Shown: piece after piece, positions 9,026 to 19,020 of the stretch | Position numbering within the stretch: position 1 is the stretch's first letter | How the letters are laid out: each line of letters starts with the position of its first letter | Source: an uncultured Bacteroidales bacterium | Lineage (GTDB): Bacteria > Bacteroidota > Bacteroidia > Bacteroidales > UBA932 | DNA length: 39,882 nt | Direction: 5' to 3' | Assembly: GCA_900322025.1 (NCBI GenBank) | Contig: ONYJ01000034.1 | Coordinates: 1-39,882, forward strand | Notes under the pieces: model-generated | What the model saw: only the letters and a program-made list of their open reading frames with translations | Databases searched by the model: none | What the model was told of the DNA's origin: nothing | Made by a program: the position numbers and the translations under genes

Positions 9026-11695
9026 TTACAAACCTAATTCACTTTTAAGACTACGCAGCAAATCAAATGCTTGTAGTGGGGTTATGTTATTAAGGTCTGA
9101 TTCTTCTAATTTTGTTTTGATAGCAGATAGAGTTGGGTCGTCTAATTGAAAGAAAGACAGCTGCATAGAGTCTGTTGAGTTTTCGGCTGCTATAGAACCT
9201 TTTGTTTTATCTCCCTCTTGCTTTTCTAAAGAAGAAAGCATTCGTTCTGCAGAAGACAAAAGTTCTTCCGGCATACCGGCTAAACGAGCCACATGAATTC
9301 CAAAACTATGTGCAACACCTCCCGGTTTGAGCTTTCTTAGAAAAATGATTTCCTTACCAGCCTCCTTTACCTCTATATGAAAGTTCTTTACTCTTGAATA
9401 GAGGTTTTCCAACTCGTTAAGCTCGTGATAATGAGTAGCAAAAATGGTTTTTGGATTTCTCGTTTTATTCTCATGTAGATACTCCACTATTGCCCACGCA
9501 ATACTCATTCCATCGAAAGTAGATGTACCTCGGCCTATTTCGTCGAGCAAAACCAAACTTCGGTCTGTAATGTTATGAAGAATGGTTGATGTTTCTAACA
9601 TTTCTACCATAAAAGTAGATTCTCCCTGAGAAATATTATCTGAAGCACCAACCCTTGTAAAAATCTTATCTACAATTCCTATTTCCGCCCTTTTTGCCGG
9701 AACAAAACTGCCGCATTGAGCCAAAAGAACAATAAGAGCTGTTTGCCTCAGCAAAGCCGACTTACCACTCATATTAGGGCCGGTAAGTATTATTATTTGC
9801 TGAGTTTCATTATTTAGAACAAGATTATTTGCCACATATTCCTGCCCCGGAGCCATACGGGTTTCGAGTACGGGATGTCGGCCTTGCTCTATGCTTATGG
9901 TTGTAGATTCATCTATGGTTGGACGGCAATAGTTTTTGTCTGAAGCTAATTTTGCAAATCCGCAAAAACAATCTATTTCCGATATAAATTTACAACAGCC
10001 CTGAATTATCTTGATACTCTTCTGTATCTCGGCAACTAAACTTAGAAAGATGCGTTGTTCTATTGCAATCATCTTTTCTTCGGCGCCAAGAATTTTTTCT
10101 TCGTATTCTTTTAGCTCTGGGGTTATATATCGTTCTGCATTTACCAATGTTTGCTTACGAATCCACTCTTGAGGCACAGACGATTTATAGGTATTTCTCA
10201 CCTCTAAATAATACCCAAAAACATTGTTGTAGCTCACCTTCAAAGAAGGTATTCCGGTTCGCTCGCTTTCTCTTTGCTGCATCTGTAAAAGATAGTTGCG
10301 GCTGTCTCGCGATATTTTTCTCAGCTGATCGAGCTCCGCATCTACTCCGTCTGCTACAATATCGCCTTTGCCAAAAACCGCAGCAGCCTCTTCTTTTAAT
10401 GTTTTGGAGATAAGCTTGTCTAATGCTATATATTCTTTCAGATTGCTATAAAATTCCGCAGAAGACGGTATCTTTTGTATAATACTTTCTCTGCCCTCTA
10501 CAGATTCTAAGATAGCGGCAACAGGCTTCATCTGAGAGAGTGACCTATGAAGCATTACCGTTTCCCTCGGAGATATTTTGCCGGCAGATGCTCTCGATAG
10601 GATTCTCTCCATATCTCCTACTTCCTCAAGAGTTTGCCTGATAGACAAAGCTACTTCTGAATGTTTTAGAAAGAATTCTACTGCATCATATCTTTTTTGT
10701 ATTTGGGACATATCTACCAGCGGCATCGCTATCCACGAGCGCAACATTCTGGCACCCATAGGAGATATTGTTTTATCTACAACATCTATCAAAGACACTC
10801 CATCTGAAGAAAATGAGTTGAATATCTCCAGATTCTTAACCGTAAACCTGTCGAGCCAAACAAAATTACCCTTATCTATTCTGGATATGGAATTTATATG
10901 AAATGTGCCGCTATGCCCCTTGATTGCTACAGCATCAAAACTTGTAAGGTCTGCTATACGATTTTGTTCGAGATAAAACAGAATGGCTCCGGCTGCAATT
11001 TTGGCCAAATTCATTGTCGTTATTCCAAACCCCTTTAGAGCCTTTGTCCCAAACTGCTTGTCTAACTTGTCTAAACAGGCATCTTCCACAAAGGCCCATT
11101 CATCCATTGAGGTTATGTACCAACCATCTCCAAACTGTTTGCGAAAGCCCCCCTCATAACCCTTGCACAGGAGTATCTCCTTTGGAGAAAAATCGTTCAG
11201 CAAAACATCTATAAAGTCTAGCTTGTCTTGTCCTACTTTAAAAGTTCCGGTAGATACATCTAAAAATGCTGCTCCACAATTTTGCCCATCAAAAGCAAAA
11301 GCTGCCAAATAGTTATTGGCTCCTCTATCCAAAATATCGTCGTTGTAAGCCACCCCCGGGGTAACAAGTTCGGTAACCCCACGCTTTACTATGGTCTTTG
11401 CCATTTTTGGATCTTCCAACTGATCACACACCGCAACTTTATAACCCGCCCTCACAAGTTTAGGAAGATAGTTCTGTAAAGAATGATGGGGGAAGCCGCA
11501 AAGCTCCATAGAATTTGGATCTATACTACTGCGTTTAGTAAGCACTATGCCAAGTACTTTACTCACCACTAAGGCATCATCGCCATACGCTTCATAAAAA
11601 TCTCCAACCCTCATAAGCAGCACGGCTTGCGGATACTGTGCCTTAAACTGCACATACTGCCTCATAAGCGGGGTGTTCATGTTTCTCTCTGCCAT
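9026..11695 (-). CDS. mutS: DNA mismatch repair protein MutS
   Basis: It has the N-terminal TPLMRQY...GDFYEAYGDDA mismatch-binding motif, Walker A GPNMSGKSALLRQ and Walker B LVLLDEIGRGTSTFDG. I place the start at the ATG at 11695 (MAERNMNTPLMRQY), not the track start at 11767, because a TATTTTTG promoter box at 11707..11700 would otherwise lie inside the CDS. Confidence 0.93.
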   Translation of the reverse strand: MAERNMNTPLMRQYVQFKAQYPQAVLLMRVGDFYEAYGDDALVVSKVLGIVLTKRSSIDPNSMELCGFPHHSLQNYLPKLVRAGYKVAVCDQLEDPKMAKTIVKRGVTELVTPGVAYNDDILDRGANNYLAAFAFDGQNCGAAFLDVSTGTFKVGQDKLDFIDVLLNDFSPKEILLCKGYEGGFRKQFGDGWYITSMDEWAFVEDACLDKLDKQFGTKALKGFGITTMNLAKIAAGAILFYLEQNRIADLTSFDAVAIKGHSGTFHINSISRIDKGNFVWLDRFTVKNLEIFNSFSSDGVSLIDVVDKTISPMGARMLRSWIAMPLVDMSQIQKRYDAVEFFLKHSEVALSIRQTLEEVGDMERILSRASAGKISPRETVMLHRSLSQMKPVAAILESVEGRESIIQKIPSSAEFYSNLKEYIALDKLISKTLKEEAAAVFGKGDIVADGVDAELDQLRKISRDSRNYLLQMQQRESERTGIPSLKVSYNNVFGYYLEVRNTYKSSVPQEWIRKQTLVNAERYITPELKEYEEKILGAEEKMIAIEQRIFLSLVAEIQKSIKIIQGCCKFISEIDCFCGFAKLASDKNYCRPTIDESTTISIEQGRHPVLETRMAPGQEYVANNLVLNNETQQIIILTGPNMSGKSALLRQTALIVLLAQCGSFVPAKRAEIGIVDKIFTRVGASDNISQGESTFMVEMLETSTILHNITDRSLVLLDEIGRGTSTFDGMSIAWAIVEYLHENKTRNPKTIFATHYHELNELENLYSRVKNFHIEVKEAGKEIIFLRKLKPGGVAHSFGIHVARLAGMPEELLSSAERMLSSLEKQEGDKTKGSIAAENSTDSMQLSFFQLDDPTLSAIKTKLEESDLNNITPLQAFDLLRSLKSELGL

Positions 11696-11699
11696 AGTG

Positions 11700-11707
11700 C
11701 AAAAATA
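11700..11707 (-). promoter_or_regulatory. candidate -7 promoter box (TATTTTTG) 4 nt upstream of the mutS ATG
   Basis: Plus-strand CAAAAATA at 11700..11707 is TATTTTTG on the minus strand. It is followed by cact and then the ATG at 11695. Confidence 0.5.
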
Positions 11708-11776
11708 TTTATTTTTCTTAATTTTCACTATCTTTCGCCTTGCTATAATCATCGGACATAAACCCATGTATGTAAT

Positions 11777-13018
11777 ATGAAAAAATCTGTCTTAAAATCT
11801 TTAGTTTTTGCCTCTTTTGGTTTTGCAATCGTCGTTTCCTGCCTTTTGTTTTCTACAATAGCCTCTGCCCAGAATAATCCTCAACAAGACTATTCAGAAG
11901 GCATAGAAAAGAGCATTAGTAAAATTATGAAAGATCTCAATGTTGTTGGCTTGGGCGTAGCTGTTGTTAAAGAAGGGGATATTATTTACAAAAACAGCTG
12001 GGGTTATAAGAATCTTGAATCAAAAACGCCTTTGGAAGAAGACGATTTGTTTAGAATAGCCTCTATTTCTAAGTCTTTTACTGCCACCTCCATTATGCAG
12101 TTGGCAGAAAGAGGCTTGTTGGATTTGGATGCAGATGTTTCTGATTTAGTTGGGTTTAAGGTCAGGAATCCAATGTTTCCTGATGTTAAGATAACTCCTT
12201 ATATGCTACTTTCGCACACTTCTTCGCTGAGCGACAAGCAGGGTTATTTTAAGATGGATGTACTTGATCCTTCTAAAAATCCGGATTGGGAAAAAGCTTA
12301 TCATAACTTCCGCCCCGGAAGCAAGTATGTTTATTGTAATCTGAATTATAATACCCTCGGAACCATAATAGAAAGAATCAGCCACATCAGGTTTGATCAA
12401 TATGTTGTTGGCAATGTTCTAAAACCGCTTGGTTTAGATTATGCCGGATATTGGGTAGAAAGTTTAGATCAAAGCAAGTTTGTTACTTTGTATCAAAAAG
12501 ATAAAAACGGAAAGTGGGAAGCCCAACCAGAAGCCTATGCTCCACGAACAGAAGAGATTGCAAATTACAAGTTTGGATACTCTGCCCCTATCTTTTCTCC
12601 CACCGGAGGGCTGAAGCTCAATCCTGTTGGTTTAGCTAAGACTATGATGATGCACATGGGTTTAGGTACTTCTCCAAAAGGTGTAAAAGTTATGTCTTCA
12701 GAAAGTGCCCTGCTTATGCAGAGTTGTTTTACAGAAACCGGTGAAGAGGAGGGATTTACCGGTGGTCTGCCCGTATATTACGGCTTTGCTCTTTGGAATA
12801 ACAAGGATCTGATTCCTGGCAAAACCATGATAGGGCACACCGGTGGCGCCTATGGAGTTTATACCATAATGGCATGGAATAAAGAAAGAACTTTTGGCAT
12901 TGTTTTAATGACAAACGGTGTAGATGGAAAAAGGGAAAGAGGGTTTATGGCTATACACAACAGAGTTGTGAACTGTCTGTATGAAAATCTGATAAAAGGC
13001 TCTTCTGCCGATAAATAA
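11777..13018 (+). CDS. secreted serine hydrolase of the beta-lactamase / penicillin-binding (class C-like) family
   Basis: It has a signal peptide, the SxxK motif (ASISKSF), a YxN-like YCN, and HTGG in place of KTG. The stop overlaps the next start by 1 nt (TAATG at 13016..13020). Confidence 0.75.
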   Translation: MKKSVLKSLVFASFGFAIVVSCLLFSTIASAQNNPQQDYSEGIEKSISKIMKDLNVVGLGVAVVKEGDIIYKNSWGYKNLESKTPLEEDDLFRIASISKSFTATSIMQLAERGLLDLDADVSDLVGFKVRNPMFPDVKITPYMLLSHTSSLSDKQGYFKMDVLDPSKNPDWEKAYHNFRPGSKYVYCNLNYNTLGTIIERISHIRFDQYVVGNVLKPLGLDYAGYWVESLDQSKFVTLYQKDKNGKWEAQPEAYAPRTEEIANYKFGYSAPIFSPTGGLKLNPVGLAKTMMMHMGLGTSPKGVKVMSSESALLMQSCFTETGEEEGFTGGLPVYYGFALWNNKDLIPGKTMIGHTGGAYGVYTIMAWNKERTFGIVLMTNGVDGKRERGFMAIHNRVVNCLYENLIKGSSADK

Positions 13019-14427
13019 TGAAAAAAGTTCTTATCATTACATATTATTGGCCGCCTTCGGGGGGAAGTGGAGTTCAAAGATGGCTAAAGATGGCTAAATA
13101 TCTGCCGATGTTTGAATGGGAGCCCATAATTTACACCCCCTCGAATCCGGATGTTAATGCTATAGACGAAACACTGTTAAAAGATATTGCTTCGGAAACT
13201 ACTGTTCTGAAACGAAAAATATCCGAGCCTTACAGCTTTTATAAAATACTATCCGGAAAAAAGAAAGGAGAGAGGTTGCAGGCTAATTTTATTCCTTCTG
13301 GAAGTTTTTTTCAGAGACTTTCTATGTATATAAGGGCTAATTGGTTTATTCCCGATCCGCGATGCTGGTGGATAAAACCCTCCGTTAAGTATCTGTCTAA
13401 ACTTATCGGAAACGCTACCCTGCAAGTTGACGGAAAGCTTTTGAACTTAAAGCCCGATGCTATTATAAGCACAGGGCCACCGCATTCCATGCACCTGATA
13501 GCAAAGGTACTACACAACAAGTTTAAGATTCCTTGGATTGCAGACTTTAGAGATCCTTGGACCAATATATTCTATTTCAAACACCTTCCGCTCACTGTAA
13601 AATCTCTGAGGCGACACAAAGAATTAGAGTACTCTGTAATAGCAGAAGCAGACAGAGTTACGGTTGTTTCTTCTCAAATGCAGAAGGAGTTCTCAGAAGA
13701 CACTTATAAAGCTTTTGCCAACAAAATTTCTATTATTGCAAATGGTTACGATCCAGACGATTTTTCTGAAGATACCAACCCGCAATTACTTTCTGCCATA
13801 GCAAAAGCTGAATCTGTGATATGCAATAAAAATAACGGTATTATAGAGAAAAAATTTGTGCTCGTTCACACCGGCATCATGCCGGAAAGTGCAAATCCGG
13901 ATATGTTATGGAAGGTTGTGGGAAAGGCTGTTAAGAGCGATGTCTCTCTACGGGAAAAGTTGATGATTGTTGTAATGGGACAAACGGCCGGCTGTGTAAA
14001 AAAAGATATTGAAGACAATGGCTTATCGGCTTGTTTTCTCGATTTGGGCGTTGTTGACCATACAACTTGCATAGCTTGGCAGAAATGTGCAGACCTCCTG
14101 CTTCTTCCGCTCAGGAAAGAAAAAGAATCTAAGGCAATTCTTACAGGAAAATTCTTTGAGTATCTTGCAGCAGGTAAAGCCATTTTGGCTTTTGGCCCTA
14201 CAGGTGGAGATCTTGCTCAAGCCTTAAAAGAAACCGGCAGCGGAACTATTTGTAACTTTGAAGATGAAGCAGAAATAGAGACAGCCTTCCTAAAAATTTG
14301 GGATAGCTTTACTAAAGGGCAAAGCCTACCGGATTTTACTGCGGAGCAGCTGGAACAAAGAAAAAGATATACACGAAAGGCTGGTGCAGAAGACTTTGCG
14401 CTGCTGCTGAATAATATTTGTAAGTAA
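13018..14427 (+). CDS. GT-B fold glycosyltransferase (GT4/GT1-like)
   Basis: The N-terminus KVLIITYYWPPSGGSGVQRW and the C-terminal FFEYLAAGKAILAFG (E-x7-E-like region) are typical of GT-B glycosyltransferases. It is translationally coupled to the upstream hydrolase. Confidence 0.6.
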   Translation: MKKVLIITYYWPPSGGSGVQRWLKMAKYLPMFEWEPIIYTPSNPDVNAIDETLLKDIASETTVLKRKISEPYSFYKILSGKKKGERLQANFIPSGSFFQRLSMYIRANWFIPDPRCWWIKPSVKYLSKLIGNATLQVDGKLLNLKPDAIISTGPPHSMHLIAKVLHNKFKIPWIADFRDPWTNIFYFKHLPLTVKSLRRHKELEYSVIAEADRVTVVSSQMQKEFSEDTYKAFANKISIIANGYDPDDFSEDTNPQLLSAIAKAESVICNKNNGIIEKKFVLVHTGIMPESANPDMLWKVVGKAVKSDVSLREKLMIVVMGQTAGCVKKDIEDNGLSACFLDLGVVDHTTCIAWQKCADLLLLPLRKEKESKAILTGKFFEYLAAGKAILAFGPTGGDLAQALKETGSGTICNFEDEAEIETAFLKIWDSFTKGQSLPDFTAEQLEQRKRYTRKAGAEDFALLLNNICK

Positions 14428-14444
14428 CTATTGAACTTTGCAAT

Positions 14445-17012
14445 ATGACAAACTCTTTGAATTATAAAATAAAAAAGCTTCTACCCTATATTATAGCAGT
14501 AGTTGCTTTTATTGTTATAGGATATCTTTATGCCCCATATACCCTCTCTGGTAAGGTTGTAAATCAAAGCGATATTTCCAGCTGGAAGGGTATGAGCAGA
14601 GAAATAGTAGAGTGGAACGAAGCTCATCCAGACAATCCAACATACTGGACAAATGCCATGTTTTCTGGTATGCCTGCAACTACGATATCTGTTATTTATC
14701 ATGGTGATATAACAAAATACTTGTACGATATCTTGTTTGTGGGGCAACGGCCGGCAAGTTATTTGATAATATGCATGATGGGAGCCTTTCTTATGTTCCT
14801 TGCCTTTGGGGTAAATATCTGGCTCGCTATTCTCGGAGCTTTTGCTGTTGCATTCTGCTCCTATAACATGCAAATAATTCAAGTTGGCCATAACACCAAG
14901 ATGGTGGCCATTGCTTTTATGCCTTGGGTTTTGGCTGCCTTGGTATATGCATATAGAAAAAACTGGCTGCTTGGTGCTGCCTTCTTTGGTCTGGCTTTGA
15001 GCTTTCAGGTTAAAGCCAACCATCCTCAAATCTCTTATTATCTTGCTATTATTGTCTTTGGCTTTGCTATATGGCAGCTTTGCAAGGCAGTAAAAGAAAA
15101 GGCCTTGGGGCGCTTCTTCAAAACCTCAGTAGCAGTATTGCTTGCAGGGTTACTTGGAGTAGCCGCCAATATAAACCACCTTTGGCCTACATACGAATAC
15201 GGCCAACATACAATGAGAGGAGGGTCTGAATTATCTGAAACTTCCGGCAATTCTACATCTACATCTAAAACACGCAGCGGTTTAGATATAGAATATGCAA
15301 CCCAGTGGTCTTACGGTATAGAAGAAACTCCAAATATTTTTATTCCAAATTTCAACGGCGGTGCTTCTAATGGAGCCTTATCTACCTCATCAGAGGTATA
15401 TAAGCTGCTTTGTCAGAAATATAACTACCCTCCGGCACAAGCAAAACAAACTATACAGAATCTACCTCTATATTGGGGACCGCAGGCTTTTACTGCCGGA
15501 CCTATGTATCTGGGAGCTGTTTCTATATTCTTGTTTATTCTGGGGCTATTTGTTGTGAAAGGTGGCGTAAAGTGGTGGATTCTCGGAGTTTCTGCTCTTG
15601 CTATACTTTTATCTTGGGGCTACCATTTTATGGCTCCAACAGAATTCTTCTTCAACTATATGCCAATGTACAATAAGTTCAGAACGGTTTCCATGATTTT
15701 AGTTATTCTGCAGGTAACTGTTCCCGTTTTGGGTATTTTGGCTTTGCATAAAATTGTTACAAGCCCCGATAAACCAAATAAGTCTCTAATGTGGGCTACC
15801 ATTATATGTGGGGGTTTTGCAGGAATTTTTGCCTTAATTCCTTCTCTTGCCGGCAATTTTTCTGCTTCGTACGACTCCCAGCTGCCAAAGGAACTTTTAG
15901 GAGCTATTATGCAAGACAGAGCCGGTTTACTTAGGGCGGATGCGTGGAGAAGCTTGGCCTTTGTTCTTATATCGGCTTTGGCTATATGGTTGGTCGTTAA
16001 CAAAAAAATAAAAAAAGAATGGTTCTGTGTGGCTATGATAATGCTTGTTTTAGCAGATATGTGGGCGGTAGATAAACGCTATCTTTCAGAAAAAGATTTT
16101 GTTACAAACCAAGAGTTTACTTCTGTTCTAAAACCAAGGGAGGTTGATGAATATATTTTGGAAAACGACCACGACCCTAACTATAGAGTTTTGGATCTTA
16201 CCATAGACCCATTCAATAATTCCTACATAAGCTATCATCATAAAACCATTGGAGGGTATTCACCTGCAAAGCTTCAGAGATATCAAGATCTTATAGATCG
16301 GTTCATTCGTAGAGAAATCAGCGATTTAAGTGCAGAACTACAAGGAGTTTCCACTTACGACGAAGCTACCGATGCCATTAAATATCATCCTATTCTCTGT
16401 ATGCTCAATACTCGTTATTTTATAATAAGCCCAGATACCGCTCCGTTGGTAAACCACTATGCACAAGGCAATTGTTGGATAATAGACAATATTGTAGAAG
16501 CGAGCGATGCAAATGAAGAGATTGCAAAATTAGCTACCATAGATACAAGAAGACAAGCTGTTGTAAACAAGAACTTTTTAGAAAAGTTGCCGGAACTCAG
16601 AAGTGTTAATCGTGGAGGGGGAGCTGTTCAAGATTCAACAATAGTAGCCACTGTTGCCAATGATATTGCCTCTGTCTGTTTAACCAGCTATGCCCCAAAC
16701 AAACTTGTATATAAATATAATTCTCAAACACCTCAAGCTGTTGTTTTTTCAGAAGTATATTACCCTGGCTGGGAGGCCATATATAAAGATTCTGAAGGAA
16801 AGACTACTAAAATGGAACCTTTCCGAGCCAATTGGATTCTACGAGGTTTACTGCTGCCGGCAGGAGAAGGCGACATAATTTTCACTTTCCGGCCGGAAAG
16901 TTTTGTAAAAGGAGAAAGGTATTCTTTGATCTCTTCTATATTGTTGATGTTATTACTCATCTCCTCCATTGTTCTCTATTTGAAAAAGGGCACTATGAAA
17001 AAGAAAGTTTGA
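14445..17012 (+). CDS. large polytopic membrane protein, YfhO-like (GT-C type glycosyltransferase candidate)
   Basis: The 855-aa protein has many predicted TM helices over the first 540 aa or so, a soluble C-terminal domain, and a final TM anchor (LISSILLMLLLISSIVLYL). This architecture and size match my recollection of YfhO-family proteins. That is not verified by a search. Confidence 0.5.
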   Translation: MTNSLNYKIKKLLPYIIAVVAFIVIGYLYAPYTLSGKVVNQSDISSWKGMSREIVEWNEAHPDNPTYWTNAMFSGMPATTISVIYHGDITKYLYDILFVGQRPASYLIICMMGAFLMFLAFGVNIWLAILGAFAVAFCSYNMQIIQVGHNTKMVAIAFMPWVLAALVYAYRKNWLLGAAFFGLALSFQVKANHPQISYYLAIIVFGFAIWQLCKAVKEKALGRFFKTSVAVLLAGLLGVAANINHLWPTYEYGQHTMRGGSELSETSGNSTSTSKTRSGLDIEYATQWSYGIEETPNIFIPNFNGGASNGALSTSSEVYKLLCQKYNYPPAQAKQTIQNLPLYWGPQAFTAGPMYLGAVSIFLFILGLFVVKGGVKWWILGVSALAILLSWGYHFMAPTEFFFNYMPMYNKFRTVSMILVILQVTVPVLGILALHKIVTSPDKPNKSLMWATIICGGFAGIFALIPSLAGNFSASYDSQLPKELLGAIMQDRAGLLRADAWRSLAFVLISALAIWLVVNKKIKKEWFCVAMIMLVLADMWAVDKRYLSEKDFVTNQEFTSVLKPREVDEYILENDHDPNYRVLDLTIDPFNNSYISYHHKTIGGYSPAKLQRYQDLIDRFIRREISDLSAELQGVSTYDEATDAIKYHPILCMLNTRYFIISPDTAPLVNHYAQGNCWIIDNIVEASDANEEIAKLATIDTRRQAVVNKNFLEKLPELRSVNRGGGAVQDSTIVATVANDIASVCLTSYAPNKLVYKYNSQTPQAVVFSEVYYPGWEAIYKDSEGKTTKMEPFRANWILRGLLLPAGEGDIIFTFRPESFVKGERYSLISSILLMLLLISSIVLYLKKGTMKKKV

Positions 17013-17076
17013 GACAACATTAGAAGTTGTTTTCTAAGATCTTTTAGCAAAAGAGTGTATAAGAGAGATGTTTCTT

Positions 17077-18432
17077 CTAATGTCCTAATAAAGAATTAAT
17101 TATTATCACGGCAACCACAATAGGAGCTATGTATTTAATAAATATCCTGAGTGTCTTTAAAAGCCACCGTGGAATTTTATACAAGCCGTTGCTGGTTATT
17201 TCGTCGTAAAAGTCTTCTTCTTTTATTTTCCAGCCTACAAACACAGCGGCAAACATTGCACAAATAGCAAGAAATATATTGGAGGAAATATAGTCGAAGA
17301 GGTCAAAAAATGTTTTTCCAAAAAGTTTGAAGTCGGCAAGAACTCCAAAACTTAGAGCACACAATACAGCAAAAATCAGCGTTATCAAAATTGTTTGCAA
17401 TGTAGCCTTGAAGCGGCTCGTTTTAAACTCTTCTCTCACAAAAGCTACTATTGGTTCTGTAATTGAAATAGACGAAGACAGTGCTGCTGCAAATAGTATG
17501 AAATAAAAGAAGATAGAAAGCAGGGCTCCAAAAGGCATTCCGCTAAAAACATAAGGCAGGGATATAAAGGCCAGGCCGGCTCCTTCTGTAGGGCTCATGC
17601 CCGCAGAAAATACCGCCGGCAAAATAGCCATTCCTGCCAACAGCGCAAAGACCGTATCTGATAAAGATGTTATAGTGGTGGTTTTTAGCAGGTTATCTTT
17701 TTTATTTGCATAAGAAGCATAAGTTATAACTGTTCCGCACCCTATGCTTAAACTCAGAAAACCTTGTCCGAGAGCATTGAGTACTGTTGAAAATTTAACT
17801 TTTGAAAAGTCGGGATTAAATAAGAAATCTATGCCTTTTCGGGCTCCCGGTAAGGTCATTGAATAAATAACAATAAACAGTATGAGAATAGCCAGGGCGG
17901 TCATAAGGTATTTGTTGGTACGCTCTATTCCCTTTCTAACTCCACCCAGTATAACACAGCCATTTATAACCAGAAATAAAACTGTATATAAAATGCTTTC
18001 TGAACTGGATGTTATCATATTGGAAAACTCGGCAGCAAAATCAGACTGCGGAGTAAATACCATTCTTAAAGACTTTACAAAATAACCTATTGTCCAACCT
18101 CCTACAACAACATAAAAAGAAAGCAGGGTTAGGCAGGTTAATACGGCTAACACTCCTGTGTGCTTCCATCCCGTGCGCGGAGCAAGTTTCTTAAAAGCGC
18201 CAAAAACATTAGCTTGGCTTCTCCTGCCTATGACAAACTCACACACCATTATAGGCATACAAAGAAAAAGTATGCACAATAAATAAATAATTATAAAAGC
18301 CGCGCCTCCGTTGGTTCCAACAAGATATGGAAACCTCCAAAGGTTGCCCAAGCCTATGGCGGAACCTATTAAGGCCATTATCACACCAAGGGAACTTTTG
18401 AACGAATCTCTTTCTTTAACAGCCATATACAA
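17077..18432 (-). CDS. sodium-dependent transporter, neurotransmitter:sodium symporter (NSS/SNF) family
   Basis: It has the hallmark GLGNLWRFPYLVGTNGGAAF near the N-terminus and about 11-12 hydrophobic segments. Length is 451 aa. Confidence 0.9.
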   Translation of the reverse strand: MYMAVKERDSFKSSLGVIMALIGSAIGLGNLWRFPYLVGTNGGAAFIIIYLLCILFLCMPIMVCEFVIGRRSQANVFGAFKKLAPRTGWKHTGVLAVLTCLTLLSFYVVVGGWTIGYFVKSLRMVFTPQSDFAAEFSNMITSSSESILYTVLFLVINGCVILGGVRKGIERTNKYLMTALAILILFIVIYSMTLPGARKGIDFLFNPDFSKVKFSTVLNALGQGFLSLSIGCGTVITYASYANKKDNLLKTTTITSLSDTVFALLAGMAILPAVFSAGMSPTEGAGLAFISLPYVFSGMPFGALLSIFFYFILFAAALSSSISITEPIVAFVREEFKTSRFKATLQTILITLIFAVLCALSFGVLADFKLFGKTFFDLFDYISSNIFLAICAMFAAVFVGWKIKEEDFYDEITSNGLYKIPRWLLKTLRIFIKYIAPIVVAVIIINSLLGH

Positions 18433-18452
18433 ATTCTGTTTAGGTTGTTGTT

Positions 18453-19001
18453 TTATTTTGTTTTAGGTCTTTTGTCCGTTCTACGATAAACAATAAACTG
18501 ATATTCTATGTTATTTTCTGTGTCGGTAAAAATTTCTGAAGAGTTTACCACCTCCCATTCGTTTAGATCTATGGCCGGAAAAAAAGTATCTGCATTTTCC
18601 GGAGTTGCCATGATTCTCGTAATATACAACCGATCTGCATCTTTGAAGGCAGCTCTGTAGATACTGCCTCCACCTATTACAAAAACCTCTTCTTTCTTTC
18701 TTTTAAGAGATTTTAAAAGCCGAGGTAAATCTTCTGCTTTTTCTATTGATGTGTTGGATGGTGTTCCGTCTTTTTTATACTTTGGAATAGAAGGAAATTC
18801 AAGGTTGGAGCAAGACACCACAATGTTCTTTCTGCCCGGCAATGGACGCCCTATAGATTCATAGGTTTTCCTGCCCATTATTACAGTATGTCCGGTTGTT
18901 ACAGCCTTAAAATACTGTAAATCTCCACCGATATGCCACAAAAGCTGATTACCGTTTCCTATAGAACCATCTGCTGCAACCGCTGCAATAAGAGAAATCA
19001 T
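18453..19001 (-). CDS. folA: dihydrofolate reductase
   Basis: It has MISLIAAVAADGSIGNGNQLLW, VIMGRKTYESIGRPLPGRKNIV and VIGGGSIY motifs. It carries a roughly 15-20 aa extra loop and a basic C-terminal tail compared with E. coli FolA. Confidence 0.9.
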   Translation of the reverse strand: MISLIAAVAADGSIGNGNQLLWHIGGDLQYFKAVTTGHTVIMGRKTYESIGRPLPGRKNIVVSCSNLEFPSIPKYKKDGTPSNTSIEKAEDLPRLLKSLKRKKEEVFVIGGGSIYRAAFKDADRLYITRIMATPENADTFFPAIDLNEWEVVNSSEIFTDTENNIEYQFIVYRRTDKRPKTK

Positions 19002-19020
19002 AGTTCTTGCTTGTTTTTTA

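Noticed and set aside
11744-11749. A sigma70-like TATAAT hexamer 27 nt upstream of the serine-hydrolase ATG.
   Set aside because: Bacteroidota housekeeping promoters use the TTTG/TAnnTTTG architecture rather than -35/-10 hexamers. There is no matching -35, and such hexamers are frequent by chance in AT-rich DNA. The real promoter for this gene remains unassigned; the nearest match is TAATTTTC, with one mismatch.
13059-13099. A G6 run (13059..13064) and an exact tandem 10-mer AAAGATGGCT x2.3 (13077..13099) near the 5' end of the glycosyltransferase gene, as possible slipped-strand phase-variation sites.
   Set aside because: The reading frame runs straight through both. They encode PSGGSG and RWLKMAKYL, which look like native conserved N-terminal sequence. 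Two repeat units and six G residues are below the lengths usually associated with contingency loci.
17011-17034. A hairpin (GAGACAAC-N7-GUUGUUUUC) right after the YfhO-like stop, in the convergent gap with the NSS transporter gene, as a possible terminator.
   Set aside because: The stem relies on two G-U pairs, is AT-rich, and has no clean U-tract. This is too weak to call. The other convergent gaps (3882..3925, 24233..24235, 35679..35681) likewise show no convincing intrinsic terminator.
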